64,000 nt of DNA from assembly GCA_036339735.1 (NCBI GenBank), contig JAYZAL010000041.1:27680-91679 (forward strand), read 5' to 3'. Made by a program: the position numbers and the translations under genes. Origin of the DNA: Candidatus Poribacteria bacterium (GTDB lineage: Bacteria > Poribacteria > WGA-4E > UBA9662). The notes beneath the pieces were generated by a model. That model searched no databases, was not told the DNA's origin, and was given only the letters and a program-made list of their open reading frames with translations. Positions 10,601-21,110 of the stretch are shown here, one piece after another (position 1 is the first letter of the stretch; each line of letters starts with the position of its first letter).

Positions 10601-11226
10601 GCCTGTTCCTTAAGATCAGTAGTTTCTCGCTCGATTTCGTGGATAATATCATTGATCCGAACTATATTATCCTCAGTTGCTTCTAATTTTTTGATAGCTT
10701 CTTTCTTTCGTTGCTTATATTTCGTGATACCAGCAACCTCATCAAAAAGGAATCGACGTTCTTCTGGTCGTGTGTTCAGAATTTGGTCAATTTTACTTTG
10801 CTCCATAACTGAGTAAGCACTAACTCCTACTCCAGTATCCATAAAAAGTTCAGTTATATCTTTTAGCCGACACGGTGTTTGATTGATAAAATAACGACTA
10901 TTTCCGTCTTTAGACAATTGGCGAGTTATCTCTACTTCCGGGGATTCGAGGGCTAATTTGCCCTCACTATTGGTAAAACGCAAAGAGACTTCAGCCTTTT
11001 CGGCAGGTTGCAGATTTGAACCACCATTAAATAAAACACTCATCATGGTGGGACAACGTAAGGAACGTGCTCGTTGTTCACCCAAAACCCATCGTATTGC
11101 ATCAGAGACGTTACTTTTTCCACACCCGTTCGGCCCAACAACAGCCGTAATACCGGGTTCGAGTAACAGTTCAACTGAATCGGCAAAGCTCTTGAAACCT
11201 CGGATTTGAACACGATTGAGGTGCAC
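7651..11226 (-). CDS. smc: Chromosome segregation protein SMC
   Basis: GFKSFA, Walker A GPNGCGKSN, long coiled coils, hinge GRVTFLPL/GAVTGG, LSGGE signature, DEVDAALD, IITHNK. GTG start at 11226 is preceded by AAGGAG (ORF track starts at 11247). Confidence 0.97.
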   Translation of the reverse strand: MHLNRVQIRGFKSFADSVELLLEPGITAVVGPNGCGKSNVSDAIRWVLGEQRARSLRCPTMMSVLFNGGSNLQPAEKAEVSLRFTNSEGKLALESPEVEITRQLSKDGNSRYFINQTPCRLKDITELFMDTGVGVSAYSVMEQSKIDQILNTRPEERRFLFDEVAGITKYKQRKKEAIKKLEATEDNIVRINDIIHEIERETTDLKEQASQAERYQHLQAQLRDLELDLSFREYNQFIQELSETQSNLDQILTASSQINQTIQETEQQVEDAQNRQVELEQDIRKESAIVQDFQTKIEKTERQIALYKERQLNIQQQRQRANQAINSLQKQLDGLIKQSQSYQQEQTEIDVYLKLEESKLTARRRVLDDFDRRIEDTGHSVDQAQTDLATTTSQISQAETQLSSLNSKLEYSAEHLYQVKEQAKSLTQALEVAETEASKSERQSQETEVELLKVDSSKTKVIEQLAALQKNLRQLESEINGIKDSLGLSVSRLKSLKDLQSAYEGFYTGVRAILKAKTVEPTTFSGICGVVAELIVTDSDYELAIEIALGNAIQNIITNTAEDARSAIDFLKRTKAGRVTFLPLDILRPRYFDDQHLLQRPGIIGIANELVGCDAKYEVAIDQLLGNTLVVEDIDTAINLARRFRPKSRLVTLDGEILNASGAVTGGYNSRQSSGLLSRSRELEELQDQIDHLSKRIEQKNKKRNQVVNDTTELQQKRQSLMVQWQDLQIAYQGHQKDLEQSQNRVNEIAEQLAQVVLKEQGLQTQNTEFVTDRDDLEVQFQEAEKKRQLLLKKIDRMNEQIESEKNKRKEVDQASQELEIKLASKREKHKSILSSLDQIAQNQLQVKNSIDEQKQIIESDEASKLNITDQIESSQKVFLQLEQDKFTVVERVEELSAEQTKLLATTSEAQKLHRQMRRQYEKQNRVRHQMEVTQTQLQMQIKAISANIQDKYQVEIEEVKSDFPTNKDTKDVSRFELVSHIEQFKNEIESLGMVNMKAISAYQEHKEREVFLVSQREDLQKSLESTYQAIQKINQTSKTAFLDTFTQIQTNFQIVFAELFNGGETELCLTDEEDILESGVDIIASPPGKRPQTITQLSGGERSLVAVALLFAIFKIKPSPFCVMDEVDAALDESNVLRFTNLVQAYAKQTQFVIITHNKRTMETADVMYGVTMEQAGVSKLVSAKLSDYN

Positions 11227-11417
11227 CCTTAACCACTCCTTAAACAAGTTGAATTACATGACTGAGCCGGATCCGTTCAATTGGAACAAGCAGAGCCACC
11301 TATGCAACGAAGCAAAGAGAAAAATCGTTTCACTAAAAACTAGGAGAAGAGGTTGAAACGCAGGAAATATCGGTTGATTTCTCAGCAAGAATGGGTTTAA
11401 TTCTTGGGAAGTAAATA

Positions 11418-14400
11418 TTATTCCCATCCATAACCGTGGGAATTACCGGTTATCTGATACAGAGATTGAGCAACTTGAAAATATAAGTCGGCATTCTCAG
11501 TTTGAAGCAATGGCTCGATAGATGAAACACTTTGCGTAGCACCCAAGTTAGCCAGTGCGACAACCAGAACAGCTTTAACACTAGCTTGTTCCTCGATACT
11601 GAGACGTCTAGCTAAAGATGGTATTACTGAAGGGTCTTTGATGTTGGAGAGTGCATTAATGACATCCTGCCTAATTTCAGCATCAGTATCATCCAGTAGG
11701 CTGATTAAGTTAGGTAACGACTTATTATCCCCCAACAAACCGACGGCTTCTATTGATTTTCGCCGAATCGCCTTGTCTTGGTTGACATCTATTTTTTCGA
11801 TCAAAAGTGGCAAAAACTCTTTTTTACCAGAACGACCAACCGCCAACATAGCAGAGAGATTGTTGTTTTTTAGTAAGTCACCCAATTTGTTGGCCGAAGA
11901 TTTACTTTTTGAACGGCCGAGAGCCAAGATAGAATAATCACGAATCTTGGAACTTTCCCAACTGTCGTCTATTCGTCGTATCATCCATTCATCAATCTTA
12001 TCAGAGAGCTCAAAAGATTGGGCTGCGTTCACGAAGGCTTCCCAAGTGTAGTTTCGCCGAACTAAATCTATATCAGTCTCAATGAAATATTCAGTCGAAT
12101 CAATCAACCGCTCCTCCAGCAGTAGAGAAGTTTTTGCAACTCCAAATTCAGATAAGGACAGAGCTGCATTTTGTCGAGCATGTGGTGTTGCTCCACGATC
12201 AGCCACTATCGATAAGAAATCGTCAGAAAACTGGACGAGACCAACCTTTCCTATAACGCTGATCGCAGTTTCGTAGATTTCCCCAGTTTCATTTTGAAAA
12301 ATTGACGATAGTGTATTGACCACGGATTCATCAGATGAATCCCCCAAAAAACCGATGGCTTTTACCCCGGCCAAACGAAGTCCCGAAGGAGATTGCATAT
12401 CGTTAATCAGAGATAAAATAGGTGTAACAGCCCTTCTAATTTTCATGGATTGGAGAGCAAAAATTGATGCTTCCTTAATTTCTGTTTCAACGTCGTTAGC
12501 CTGGAGAATCTCCAATATTTTTCCGACTGATCCTTCGTAGCGTAGTTTTCCAAGTGAACGTATAGCATTAGCACGAATTGTTTTTGACTCATCATTAGAA
12601 TTTGCGATTTCCAGTAGCCGATCCACAGCATCTCGATTATTGAAGTTACCAATCAGTGAAACGGCCGTTTTTCGAATTCGATAATTGGCATTTCGAGTTT
12701 CCTTTAAGACCGCCGCAAATCCATTGGGATTTTTTAATCGTCCGAGAGTAGAAATAATGGCCCACTTAACCCATGTATCGGCATTTGCTGCAGAACTGTC
12801 GTTGGCTTTTGACAATTCTAAAGCAGTTTTATCTACTCCGTCTTGAACAAGTGCATCCATCACTGCTGACTGAATTGAAGCGACCTCTTTTTCATCATCT
12901 TCAAAAGATCCTATCCCTTTTTTCAAAACCTTCACTAATTCTTGGTCAGCAGAAGTTGCTTGGCCAAAAGTAGCTAAAGCCTTGACGACATTGGTTCGAG
13001 TACTCTCGAATTCATCTTCGTTTAGTGCTTTAACTAGAACCTTAGTTACCCTTTCACTTTTATCTACTTTTCCAAGGGCTGTGGCTGCCGCTTGTCTAAC
13101 TAAGCCTTGTCTGTCTTCTTCGAGGGCCTGTGTTAAGGCTTTGACAATTTGTTCTTTTTGATTCCCCCGATTTTCCCCAATAACACCAAGGGAAGCTGCG
13201 GAATTTGCCCGAACAGTGGCACGTTCATCTCCAGTCTTGTGATGTAAAGACCCAATTAGTTCAGCAACTATATTTTGGCCAATCGCTGTTTTCTCGACTT
13301 TTTTCCCAATCTTGCCTAGTGTAACTGCGATTTCACTCCGTATTAGACTTGGGACTGGCTTAATTTTTCCCCAGGATTCGTATTGTGGTTTTCTAAAATG
13401 TTCGCTATTTGGTAGCCACTCCACCCCTAATTTATCAACAGACTCACTCAGACGAGCGTAAGTTTTATACTTTCGTTTCATATGCCGTCGTAGTTTATTG
13501 GGATCATCAAATCGAGTGCTCAATCCCCATAACATTGCGATGACAGATGATGAATCACTGACGTTATTTTCTATTTTGCCTAAGGCTAAGACTGATGATT
13601 TTCGGATTTCGAGACTTGTAGTATCACTCAGAGATAACCTTAATAAAGGCTGGATAGCTTCGGTCAACCCCAATTCTCCTATAGCATCGATAGTAGCCTT
13701 TCGTACAGCGTCCCTAGCACCTCGAGTATTCTCAGCAATACGGATTAGCTGTTTATTCACAAGACCATTATCTTTAATTTTCAATTTCCCCAGAGCAGAT
13801 GCTGCTTGGATTGCAGTTGAATCATCCAGCTCAAGTGCATAACCCAATGCCTTGACAGCTCTCAAGTCTTTACCTCGTGACAAGGTATTACCCATAAACT
13901 GAGCAGAAATCCCTTGTATTTCCTTTGGGGTATTCAAATCTAGAAGTAAGTCGATGAGAGGCTCAGTTGCTCTCAAATCCCCCATGCTGAGCAAGGCTCT
14001 GGCAGACTCAACTCTTACTGAAACACTTGCATCCATGTTTTGACAGGTTTGTATTAGCTGGGGTACGACCTTACCTCCCATCTTAATTAGTGCATTCCGC
14101 GCGGAAGCCTTTAGCTCGTCATTAGCTAATAACTGAATCAATATTTTAACAGTATTCTCGATTTTCAAGTCTCCAAGAATCTGTAAAGTAGATCGTTGTA
14201 CAGCACTTCTCCGATTGGCCGTTCGAGTATTATCAATGAAGGCATTGGCAATGAATTGATGTTCTCCAAACGATGAACCAACAATATTTTCCCCATTTTG
14301 GTCTAGTGTTTGTACGAGATTCGGCATTGCAGGTTGGCCAATTTGATTTAAAGCAGAGATCGCGGTCGATTTAACATAACTGTCGCTATCAGCAAGTAGA

Positions 14401-15284
14401 TACATCAAATCTACTACAGCAGTGCTGGAATTTAGTCTATGTACAAGCTTAGCGGCGTGCATTCTCACAATTGCCGAGTTAGATCTAGTCGCAGCCTTAA
14501 GCGCCGGTATAACTTTCTTTGAGCCAATTTTCTCCAACGCCACGACAGTAGAATAGAGGACCTGATTCGTTTCCTGCTTATTTGCTAAAATTTGTGTGTA
14601 AGTTTCGACCAGTGATTCATCCGCGAGATTGGCAAGGTGTGAGATAGCATATTGTCGAACTTCGGGTGAGATTGGCATAGATAAAATATCTAGAAGCTGT
14701 GTTTTAACTCTCATACCAAATTGATTTATAGTCTCAAAAGCTAATCTCTTGGCTTGGTAGTTGTAGCATCTTTGTGCTTCCAACAGTGAGCGCAAAATTG
14801 ATGAATCAATCTTTACGTTTCCACCATTATCGATATCTCCAGAAAATAAATCCGACAAACCATAAGCGATTAAGCTATAAACTGAGTTCCGACTATGAAT
14901 CAATAAGTCTAAAAGATCTAGCTGGTCTGAATCAGGGTCCTCAACTACTTGCAATTGTTGCAGGCCAGTTTCCAGTGGTGATAACATTTTTTGGACTACG
15001 ATAATAGTGCTTTTCCAGCGATCAATATCCTTTGTCCAACTACTTTCAGAGTGGAGCGAAAGTATCTCTTTTAAACACATAGCTTCTACCGAATCAGGCA
15101 CAGAAGCTAGGGCTGACTCTACAGCTTTCTTCGCATTTGAATAATCTACTTGTTCTTTACTGCTATTATTGACGGTGACAATGGATTTTCTGGCAACTAA
15201 AATATCTTGATTTTCTTTATCAGTACTACAACTGACGACAAGAAAACTAATGCAAAAAATACTCAACAAACCATATGATTTCAA
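11418..15284 (-). CDS. Large HEAT/PBS-lyase-repeat lipoprotein (~1290 aa)
   Basis: Lipobox-like FLVVSC; many VR..A..ALG.i....a...L...L units over the whole length; likely TTG start at 15284 after AGAGGA (ORF track 15329). Confidence 0.85.
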   Translation of the reverse strand: MKSYGLLSIFCISFLVVSCSTDKENQDILVARKSIVTVNNSSKEQVDYSNAKKAVESALASVPDSVEAMCLKEILSLHSESSWTKDIDRWKSTIIVVQKMLSPLETGLQQLQVVEDPDSDQLDLLDLLIHSRNSVYSLIAYGLSDLFSGDIDNGGNVKIDSSILRSLLEAQRCYNYQAKRLAFETINQFGMRVKTQLLDILSMPISPEVRQYAISHLANLADESLVETYTQILANKQETNQVLYSTVVALEKIGSKKVIPALKAATRSNSAIVRMHAAKLVHRLNSSTAVVDLMYLLADSDSYVKSTAISALNQIGQPAMPNLVQTLDQNGENIVGSSFGEHQFIANAFIDNTRTANRRSAVQRSTLQILGDLKIENTVKILIQLLANDELKASARNALIKMGGKVVPQLIQTCQNMDASVSVRVESARALLSMGDLRATEPLIDLLLDLNTPKEIQGISAQFMGNTLSRGKDLRAVKALGYALELDDSTAIQAASALGKLKIKDNGLVNKQLIRIAENTRGARDAVRKATIDAIGELGLTEAIQPLLRLSLSDTTSLEIRKSSVLALGKIENNVSDSSSVIAMLWGLSTRFDDPNKLRRHMKRKYKTYARLSESVDKLGVEWLPNSEHFRKPQYESWGKIKPVPSLIRSEIAVTLGKIGKKVEKTAIGQNIVAELIGSLHHKTGDERATVRANSAASLGVIGENRGNQKEQIVKALTQALEEDRQGLVRQAAATALGKVDKSERVTKVLVKALNEDEFESTRTNVVKALATFGQATSADQELVKVLKKGIGSFEDDEKEVASIQSAVMDALVQDGVDKTALELSKANDSSAANADTWVKWAIISTLGRLKNPNGFAAVLKETRNANYRIRKTAVSLIGNFNNRDAVDRLLEIANSNDESKTIRANAIRSLGKLRYEGSVGKILEILQANDVETEIKEASIFALQSMKIRRAVTPILSLINDMQSPSGLRLAGVKAIGFLGDSSDESVVNTLSSIFQNETGEIYETAISVIGKVGLVQFSDDFLSIVADRGATPHARQNAALSLSEFGVAKTSLLLEERLIDSTEYFIETDIDLVRRNYTWEAFVNAAQSFELSDKIDEWMIRRIDDSWESSKIRDYSILALGRSKSKSSANKLGDLLKNNNLSAMLAVGRSGKKEFLPLLIEKIDVNQDKAIRRKSIEAVGLLGDNKSLPNLISLLDDTDAEIRQDVINALSNIKDPSVIPSLARRLSIEEQASVKAVLVVALANLGATQSVSSIEPLLQTENADLYFQVAQSLYQITGNSHGYGWE

Positions 15285-15369
15285 TGCAAGTCCTCTTTTT
15301 TTAAGTTTCTGAAACACCCGAAAACACACAACAACCTACCCACATAAAGACAATCAGATTTTTCAGATT

Positions 15370-18300
15370 TTAAGATGAGCTCTTGGGTGCAATGACGAGC
15401 TCTCTTAAGTCACAAATAGCGTAAACGTAGTCAGCAATTTCCGATAATAAAGCTAATCGATTGGCTTTTATCTCTGAGTCATCCGTCATGATTAAGACTT
15501 GATCAAAAAAGTGATCAATTGCTGGGGCTAGCTCTGCCAAATTGTCTAGCAGTTTATCATACTGACCTATTTCGTTCAAGTCAGCCATTTTTTTAGAAAA
15601 ACCAAGATATAAACTACCAAGTTTATGTTCAGCTTCTTCCTGAAAAAGTTGGGATTTAATTTCTTGACTGGAAACTGAAAAGGGCTGATTAGGCAGAATA
15701 CGCAACACTCTATTAAGTGATGAATATACCTGATCAAAGTCATCTCGTTTACGAAAGACCTGTATAAGCTTTGCTCTCTTCTCCACATCGCTGACATCGA
15801 ATTTGTGATTCGTATCAAGAACAGATAGGGTCGCATTGACTTCATCGTGAGCAAAACCTTGATCTTGTAATAGGACTTGGAATCTTCCTTTCAGAAAATC
15901 AGCAACTGCGACTTTGGTATCTCCCATGAGTTCAATCCCATTGTCGAGGTAACTTTCCACAGAGTGATCAATTATAGAATGCAAATCTATTGGTAACTGA
16001 TAGTTCCGTAAAATCCGTAAGACTCCAATAGCTTGTCTTCGCAGTGAATAAGGGTCCTGAGAACTTGTGGGTCGTTCATCAATACCAAAGTAGCCCACGA
16101 TTGTATCCATCTTATCAGCAATTGAAACAACCATCCCAATTCGAGATTCAGGTAGAATACCTTCGGCAGAAATTGGTCGATAGTGTTGTTCAATAGCCTG
16201 AGCAACATCATTTGACTCTCCGCTAGCTAAGGCATAATATTTTCCCATCGTTCCCTGCAAAGAAGGAAAACCAATCACCATCTGAGTTGTTAAGTCGGTC
16301 TTACATAGCTCTGCGGTTCTTTGGATGGATTTTTTTTCATTTAAGCTTACATCATCTAATTGCTGGACTATAGAGTTAGCCACTTTTTGTAGACGTTCTG
16401 ACTTTTGATATAATGATCCAAGTTGGACCTGAAATATAACATTTTTGAGTTGATTAGCTTTATCTGCTAAAGTGGATTTTCGATCTTCTGTGTAATAGAA
16501 TGTAGCATCTTCTAGCCTAGATCGTAAAACGCGTTCATTTCCCTGACGAATGACGGACGGATTACCTTCGGAGCCGTTGGAAATGGTGATGAATTTAGCA
16601 ATCGGTGTCCCGTCTTCTTTTAACATGGGAAAATACCGTTGATGCTTTTTCATGTATGTTGTTAGTACTTCAATAGGTAATTCCAAGTGCTCTGAATCAA
16701 AAGTACCTACTATAGCTTGTGGGTTTTCAACCAAGTAGTTTATTTCCGTTAGTAGTTCTTGGTCGAGTATGGTTGAACATTTCTCTTCAGCTAAAATCAG
16801 TTCAACTTTCTTTTGTATCTCAGCGTGACGCTGAGTTTGATCAACAAGAACATTGGCAATACGAAGTTCTTCAATGTATGAATTCAGGTCAGATGATAAT
16901 AATTTTATTGGTTCTGGGTTGAGCGATCGATGACCGTAAGTAAGACGACTAGCAGTTAAGCGGTCTAGCTTAACAGGTATAATATCTTTACCTAGCAGCA
17001 CTACTAACCAACGGATTGGTCGAGCAAAACGTGAATTGTCCCACCGCATAGTTTTTGGGAAATTGAGTCTATGAATCCAATCTGGTACCAACTCTGTCAA
17101 GATTTCAAACGTTTTTCGGCCTATTTCTGATTTAGTTGCAGAAACGTATTCACCACGGTTGGTTGTGATTGTTTGCAAGGATTCTACTGAGATCCCATTT
17201 GATTTAGCAAACCCAATAGCTGCGATTGTTGGATTTCCCTCATCGTCAAAGGCCGCTTTCACAGGAGGGCCAATCATCTCAGTTTCTTGGTCAGCTTGAG
17301 AAAGGTCAACACTTTTGATTGAAAGTGTCAGTCTCCTTGGTGTAGCAAACACTTTCAGATTCTCAAACGACAATCGGTTTTCAGCCAAGGTTGATTGAAC
17401 TAAATGAGTCAACTGTTCCAGAGCTGGCTGAATATAACTAGCGGGGATTTCCTCAGTACCTATTTCAAGCAAAAAATCACTTTGCTTGCTTGAATCATTA
17501 GGCACGATTTCATTCGTTGAAATTTCAATGCCAGCGTCAATGGTAACTGGATCAGGAGAAACGAGTAACGGGTGGTTTAGATCCTGACGCTGTGCGACAT
17601 AAGCCCGAGCCGTTTTCTGAGCAAGCCGACGTACCCGCTCTATATAACCAACTCGCTCTGTGACACTAATCACGCCTCGGGCATCCAGTAAATTAAAGGT
17701 GTGAGACGATTTTAGAACATAATCGGTTGCAGGTGAAATTAAGTCTTTATCCAAGCAGGAAAATGCCTCGGCTTCATAAGTATCAAAAAGGCTTAGCAAC
17801 ATTGAAGTATTAGCATAATCAAAATTATATTTCGAATATTCCACCTCGGCTTCATAGTGGACATCTCCATACTTCAATCGTTTATTCCACTGAATTTCAT
17901 GGAATGAAGATACGTCTTGTAGGTAAAGAGCAATACGTTCCAAACCATAGGTTAATTCAGCAGAAATTGGTTTCAATTCCAAACTTCCCATTTGTTGAAA
18001 GTAGGTAAATTGAGTAATTTCAGCACCGTTCCACCAAACTTCCCACCCTAAGCCAGAGGCACCCAAGGTGGGCGATTCCCAGTCATCTTCTACGAATCGA
18101 AAGTCATGCTTACGTGGGTCAATACCTAAATTCCTCAAACTTTCCAAGTACAAGTATTGAACATCCGTTGGCGCAGGTTTCAGCAAAACTTGGTACTGAT
18201 AATAAGCACCCCATCGGAAAGGGTTTTCACCATAGCGACCGTCAGTTGGTCTACGGCACGGTTCGACGTAGGCAACTTGCCATGGCTCTGGTCCAAGACA

Positions 18301-18423
18301 ACGCAAAAAAGTAGCGGGATTAAAAGTGCCAGCTCCCACTTCAATATCACAAGGCTGCTGGATAAGACAACCTTGGTTGGCCCAAAACTGTTGTAACTGA
18401 GAGATAATTTCTTGGAAAGTCAT
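15370..18423 (-). CDS. glyQS: Glycine--tRNA ligase, alpha and beta subunits fused in one ORF
   Basis: Alpha: [55 protein letters not shown]. Beta: [52 protein letters not shown]-terminal NRLALL. No stop between the halves. Confidence 0.95.
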   Translation of the reverse strand: MTFQEIISQLQQFWANQGCLIQQPCDIEVGAGTFNPATFLRCLGPEPWQVAYVEPCRRPTDGRYGENPFRWGAYYQYQVLLKPAPTDVQYLYLESLRNLGIDPRKHDFRFVEDDWESPTLGASGLGWEVWWNGAEITQFTYFQQMGSLELKPISAELTYGLERIALYLQDVSSFHEIQWNKRLKYGDVHYEAEVEYSKYNFDYANTSMLLSLFDTYEAEAFSCLDKDLISPATDYVLKSSHTFNLLDARGVISVTERVGYIERVRRLAQKTARAYVAQRQDLNHPLLVSPDPVTIDAGIEISTNEIVPNDSSKQSDFLLEIGTEEIPASYIQPALEQLTHLVQSTLAENRLSFENLKVFATPRRLTLSIKSVDLSQADQETEMIGPPVKAAFDDEGNPTIAAIGFAKSNGISVESLQTITTNRGEYVSATKSEIGRKTFEILTELVPDWIHRLNFPKTMRWDNSRFARPIRWLVVLLGKDIIPVKLDRLTASRLTYGHRSLNPEPIKLLSSDLNSYIEELRIANVLVDQTQRHAEIQKKVELILAEEKCSTILDQELLTEINYLVENPQAIVGTFDSEHLELPIEVLTTYMKKHQRYFPMLKEDGTPIAKFITISNGSEGNPSVIRQGNERVLRSRLEDATFYYTEDRKSTLADKANQLKNVIFQVQLGSLYQKSERLQKVANSIVQQLDDVSLNEKKSIQRTAELCKTDLTTQMVIGFPSLQGTMGKYYALASGESNDVAQAIEQHYRPISAEGILPESRIGMVVSIADKMDTIVGYFGIDERPTSSQDPYSLRRQAIGVLRILRNYQLPIDLHSIIDHSVESYLDNGIELMGDTKVAVADFLKGRFQVLLQDQGFAHDEVNATLSVLDTNHKFDVSDVEKRAKLIQVFRKRDDFDQVYSSLNRVLRILPNQPFSVSSQEIKSQLFQEEAEHKLGSLYLGFSKKMADLNEIGQYDKLLDNLAELAPAIDHFFDQVLIMTDDSEIKANRLALLSEIADYVYAICDLRELVIAPKSSS

Positions 18424-18538
18424 GAGTTTTGAAAAGTCCTTATCAAATTCATTCAAGTCTAAGGTGTTGGATTGCAGCAATAAGTGTTAACTTATTTCGG
18501 TCATATGAGTCAAGATCATTGATTTTCGGATCCACCGG

Positions 18539-20245
18539 CTAATCAGGAAGGCTTGGTAATTTGCCTGAGGCCACTTGAGTATCCAAAAAAGATACGAACC
18601 ATTCGACTGATTTCGCTTCTGTTGTTAGTGGAAGATAAAAAGAGTAAGCAAAGAAGGCTTGTTCAGAAACAAGAGGAATTGGTAAAGAAGAAATCAAAGT
18701 ATCATTTCCAGAGCGAATAGTAATAGCTGGTGAGTCGGAAAGCTGACTAGGTATTGCTAAAATTTCCCAATAACGGCGATGTATAGGATTATTTATCACA
18801 AAAATTTTAAAATCAACTTGATCCTGCAAACTAGCATTGTATCTATAAGTTGATTTTCCAATTCCGAGCAGATGAGCCTCAGATGACAAGCTAGGCACCA
18901 AAATCACTTCATCAACTCGCCGACCAAAATTTGGTATAGTTTTCCCAGCTAAAGTTTCAATAGGCAACTTGATAATATCCACTAAGTCGCCCCGTTTTTT
19001 AGTTATTACTCTTACGTCATAGCTATACTTCCCATCCGTTTCCACGGACAGAGAGAGTGATTTTTCTCCGGAGGATTGAGCAAATGAAATATAATTAACA
19101 GAATAGCTTTTAAGCAATTGACGCCCACTTTGCACTGGGTAAAATTGGTGTTTTTTACTAACTCGAATTTTCGGATTTGCGTTTCTATAACCATATTTCC
19201 CGTCTCCAAAATCCAAATCATCAACTAAATTAGCGATTTTCCAGTCAGCATACACAGTTTGAAAGGTTTCCTTTGACCCCAAGGTTCGTAAGGCTTGATT
19301 AATACCAGAAATCCCTGAAAATCTGCTCCGAGCAATGGTAGTTATTATTTGTTCCTTGCCATGATGCTCATAAAGATAAAGAGACCACAAGTATGCTGCA
19401 CCATAACTAGCTAGCAAGTACGCGCTATCACGATCCCAATCAATCAAAGATATCTCTGGGTTAGATTCAAAATTTGACAGATGGTCGAGTGGTGGAAAAC
19501 CACATATAAACATTGCAAATTCTGATAGACTTTCGTTTACCCAGACAGTCTCACGTCGATCATTTTTCCAATGAATTAAATGTTGGAATTCGTGGGCTAA
19601 GACAGTTAAGCTATCAGGCCCACCCGCTGAAATGGGATTCGTATCCAGGTAGATCAAATCTAACTCATTACTGTTATACAATTTCCCTGTTTGTGGGTCT
19701 CTTAGTTGTCCTCTCTGCTGATCAATATCGCTAAAGTAACCAGCTACGACTTGTCCACGAGCATCACTTGGAATATCGAGAAGTAATAAAAAAATACGTT
19801 CGTCCCCATCTCTATCTGGTGGCTCACCAAATATTTTGGTTTGGATTTGGTATATACCTTTATTCGGGTTAGTTGGGGTAGAACGTTCAAAACTACGTAT
19901 CAAATTAGTTATTGCACGAGAGCTAACAGTCCGTTTCCACTCCGAGTTTTGAACGTAAATATAACAAAAATCACCAATACCGCGTAGCGTCGCTCTCAAA
20001 TTATACTGTTCCTTGGTGCGAAAGTTGACCGCAAAAAAAATACGCTGATCACCAATCTGAAGCGGGTTTCGCTGAGCTGGAGCTGATGGGATTAAGTCCA
20101 TTGGAACAGTGCGGGGTAATAGATGAGTTCCATCAATCCATTCTGTTGCTTGAACTATAGGGATTATTGATGTAAGTATAAGAAAAGATAAAAATAAGAA
20201 AGGAAACCGTTGGTTAATCAATAATTTTGACACCATCGCCAACAC
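18539..20245 (-). CDS. Secreted zinc metallopeptidase (HExxH, M30/M6-like)
   Basis: Signal peptide; AGYF; LAHEFQHLIH followed by WVNESLSE (third ligand E); YGAAYLW. Confidence 0.75.
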   Translation of the reverse strand: MLAMVSKLLINQRFPFLFLSFLILTSIIPIVQATEWIDGTHLLPRTVPMDLIPSAPAQRNPLQIGDQRIFFAVNFRTKEQYNLRATLRGIGDFCYIYVQNSEWKRTVSSRAITNLIRSFERSTPTNPNKGIYQIQTKIFGEPPDRDGDERIFLLLLDIPSDARGQVVAGYFSDIDQQRGQLRDPQTGKLYNSNELDLIYLDTNPISAGGPDSLTVLAHEFQHLIHWKNDRRETVWVNESLSEFAMFICGFPPLDHLSNFESNPEISLIDWDRDSAYLLASYGAAYLWSLYLYEHHGKEQIITTIARSRFSGISGINQALRTLGSKETFQTVYADWKIANLVDDLDFGDGKYGYRNANPKIRVSKKHQFYPVQSGRQLLKSYSVNYISFAQSSGEKSLSLSVETDGKYSYDVRVITKKRGDLVDIIKLPIETLAGKTIPNFGRRVDEVILVPSLSSEAHLLGIGKSTYRYNASLQDQVDFKIFVINNPIHRRYWEILAIPSQLSDSPAITIRSGNDTLISSLPIPLVSEQAFFAYSFYLPLTTEAKSVEWFVSFLDTQVASGKLPSLPD

Positions 20246-21110
20246 TTAATTTTTTGGGTAACCGTGGGTTTTCGTATACACCTGAAACGACATAATTGTA
20301 AACCTGATCAACTTTAATCCGAAAAATAGGAAAATCAGGATCAACTTCATCAGATTTGCTCTTTCGTCTCAGTAACGTATAGGATTTACCAACAACGGCG
20401 TGATTGAATCGGCTAATACAGACGCTATCACCTTCGGTTCTCAGTATGAATAGCCGTTGTTCAGCATCGTAGCGATTTTTACTTTGTAAATCCTCTGAAT
20501 ATACCCAATCACCTTTTGCAGGAGTTTCGAATGCAACAGACGATTTGATTTTAGATCTTTGTACTAGTTTAGGCTTTGTCAGGTCACAGACTTTTTCTTG
20601 CCAATCGAACGTATACCAACGATTTTTCAAAAAACGAGGGATTCGATTGACTCGATAGACAAACAAGCGTTCAATTACTTGATCAGCCTGAATTTTTTTT
20701 GTCAAATCGGGTGAGGCGATAACGTAGACGGTCTGTCCAATTCGAGAGCAAATTTTGCTTTGTTGCTGTATTCTGACTGCATCCCCAATCTGTAAAGGTA
20801 AGCCATCAAAAGTATCAAAAGTATCAGCTAAAGATAAGTCAGAACCTCTAATAAATCCATAGCCAACCCAAGTTGTATTACCTTCTAGGTTTTGGCGATA
20901 GATTTCGATATGAGATCCGGCTTGGCGAGCCATTCCTGTCCCCCAATCTATACTGATGGTGCCCTTTTCTCCATTTATAGTAGTTTCCTTGATCAAGCCT
21001 TCGAGCGCAAGGCAATTCAATGAAGAACAATACAAAAAGTACATTAAACAAACAAATGAAAAGACCTGTTTCGATAACGATTGACTACGAAAAATCAAAA
21101 TGATCTCCAA
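20214..21110 (-). CDS. Exported hypothetical protein with three FlgT-C-like beta repeats
   Basis: N-terminal hydrophobic segment; three ~90-aa units ending IGDAVRI / KGDWVYS / VGDGVKI; overlaps both neighbours. Confidence 0.55.
   Translation of the reverse strand: MEIILIFRSQSLSKQVFSFVCLMYFLYCSSLNCLALEGLIKETTINGEKGTISIDWGTGMARQAGSHIEIYRQNLEGNTTWVGYGFIRGSDLSLADTFDTFDGLPLQIGDAVRIQQQSKICSRIGQTVYVIASPDLTKKIQADQVIERLFVYRVNRIPRFLKNRWYTFDWQEKVCDLTKPKLVQRSKIKSSVAFETPAKGDWVYSEDLQSKNRYDAEQRLFILRTEGDSVCISRFNHAVVGKSYTLLRRKSKSDEVDPDFPIFRIKVDQVYNYVVSGVYENPRLPKKLSVGDGVKIID

Noticed and set aside
11250-11410. SRP RNA upstream of smc-ftsY
   Set aside because: The conserved SRP domain IV motif is not identifiable on either strand
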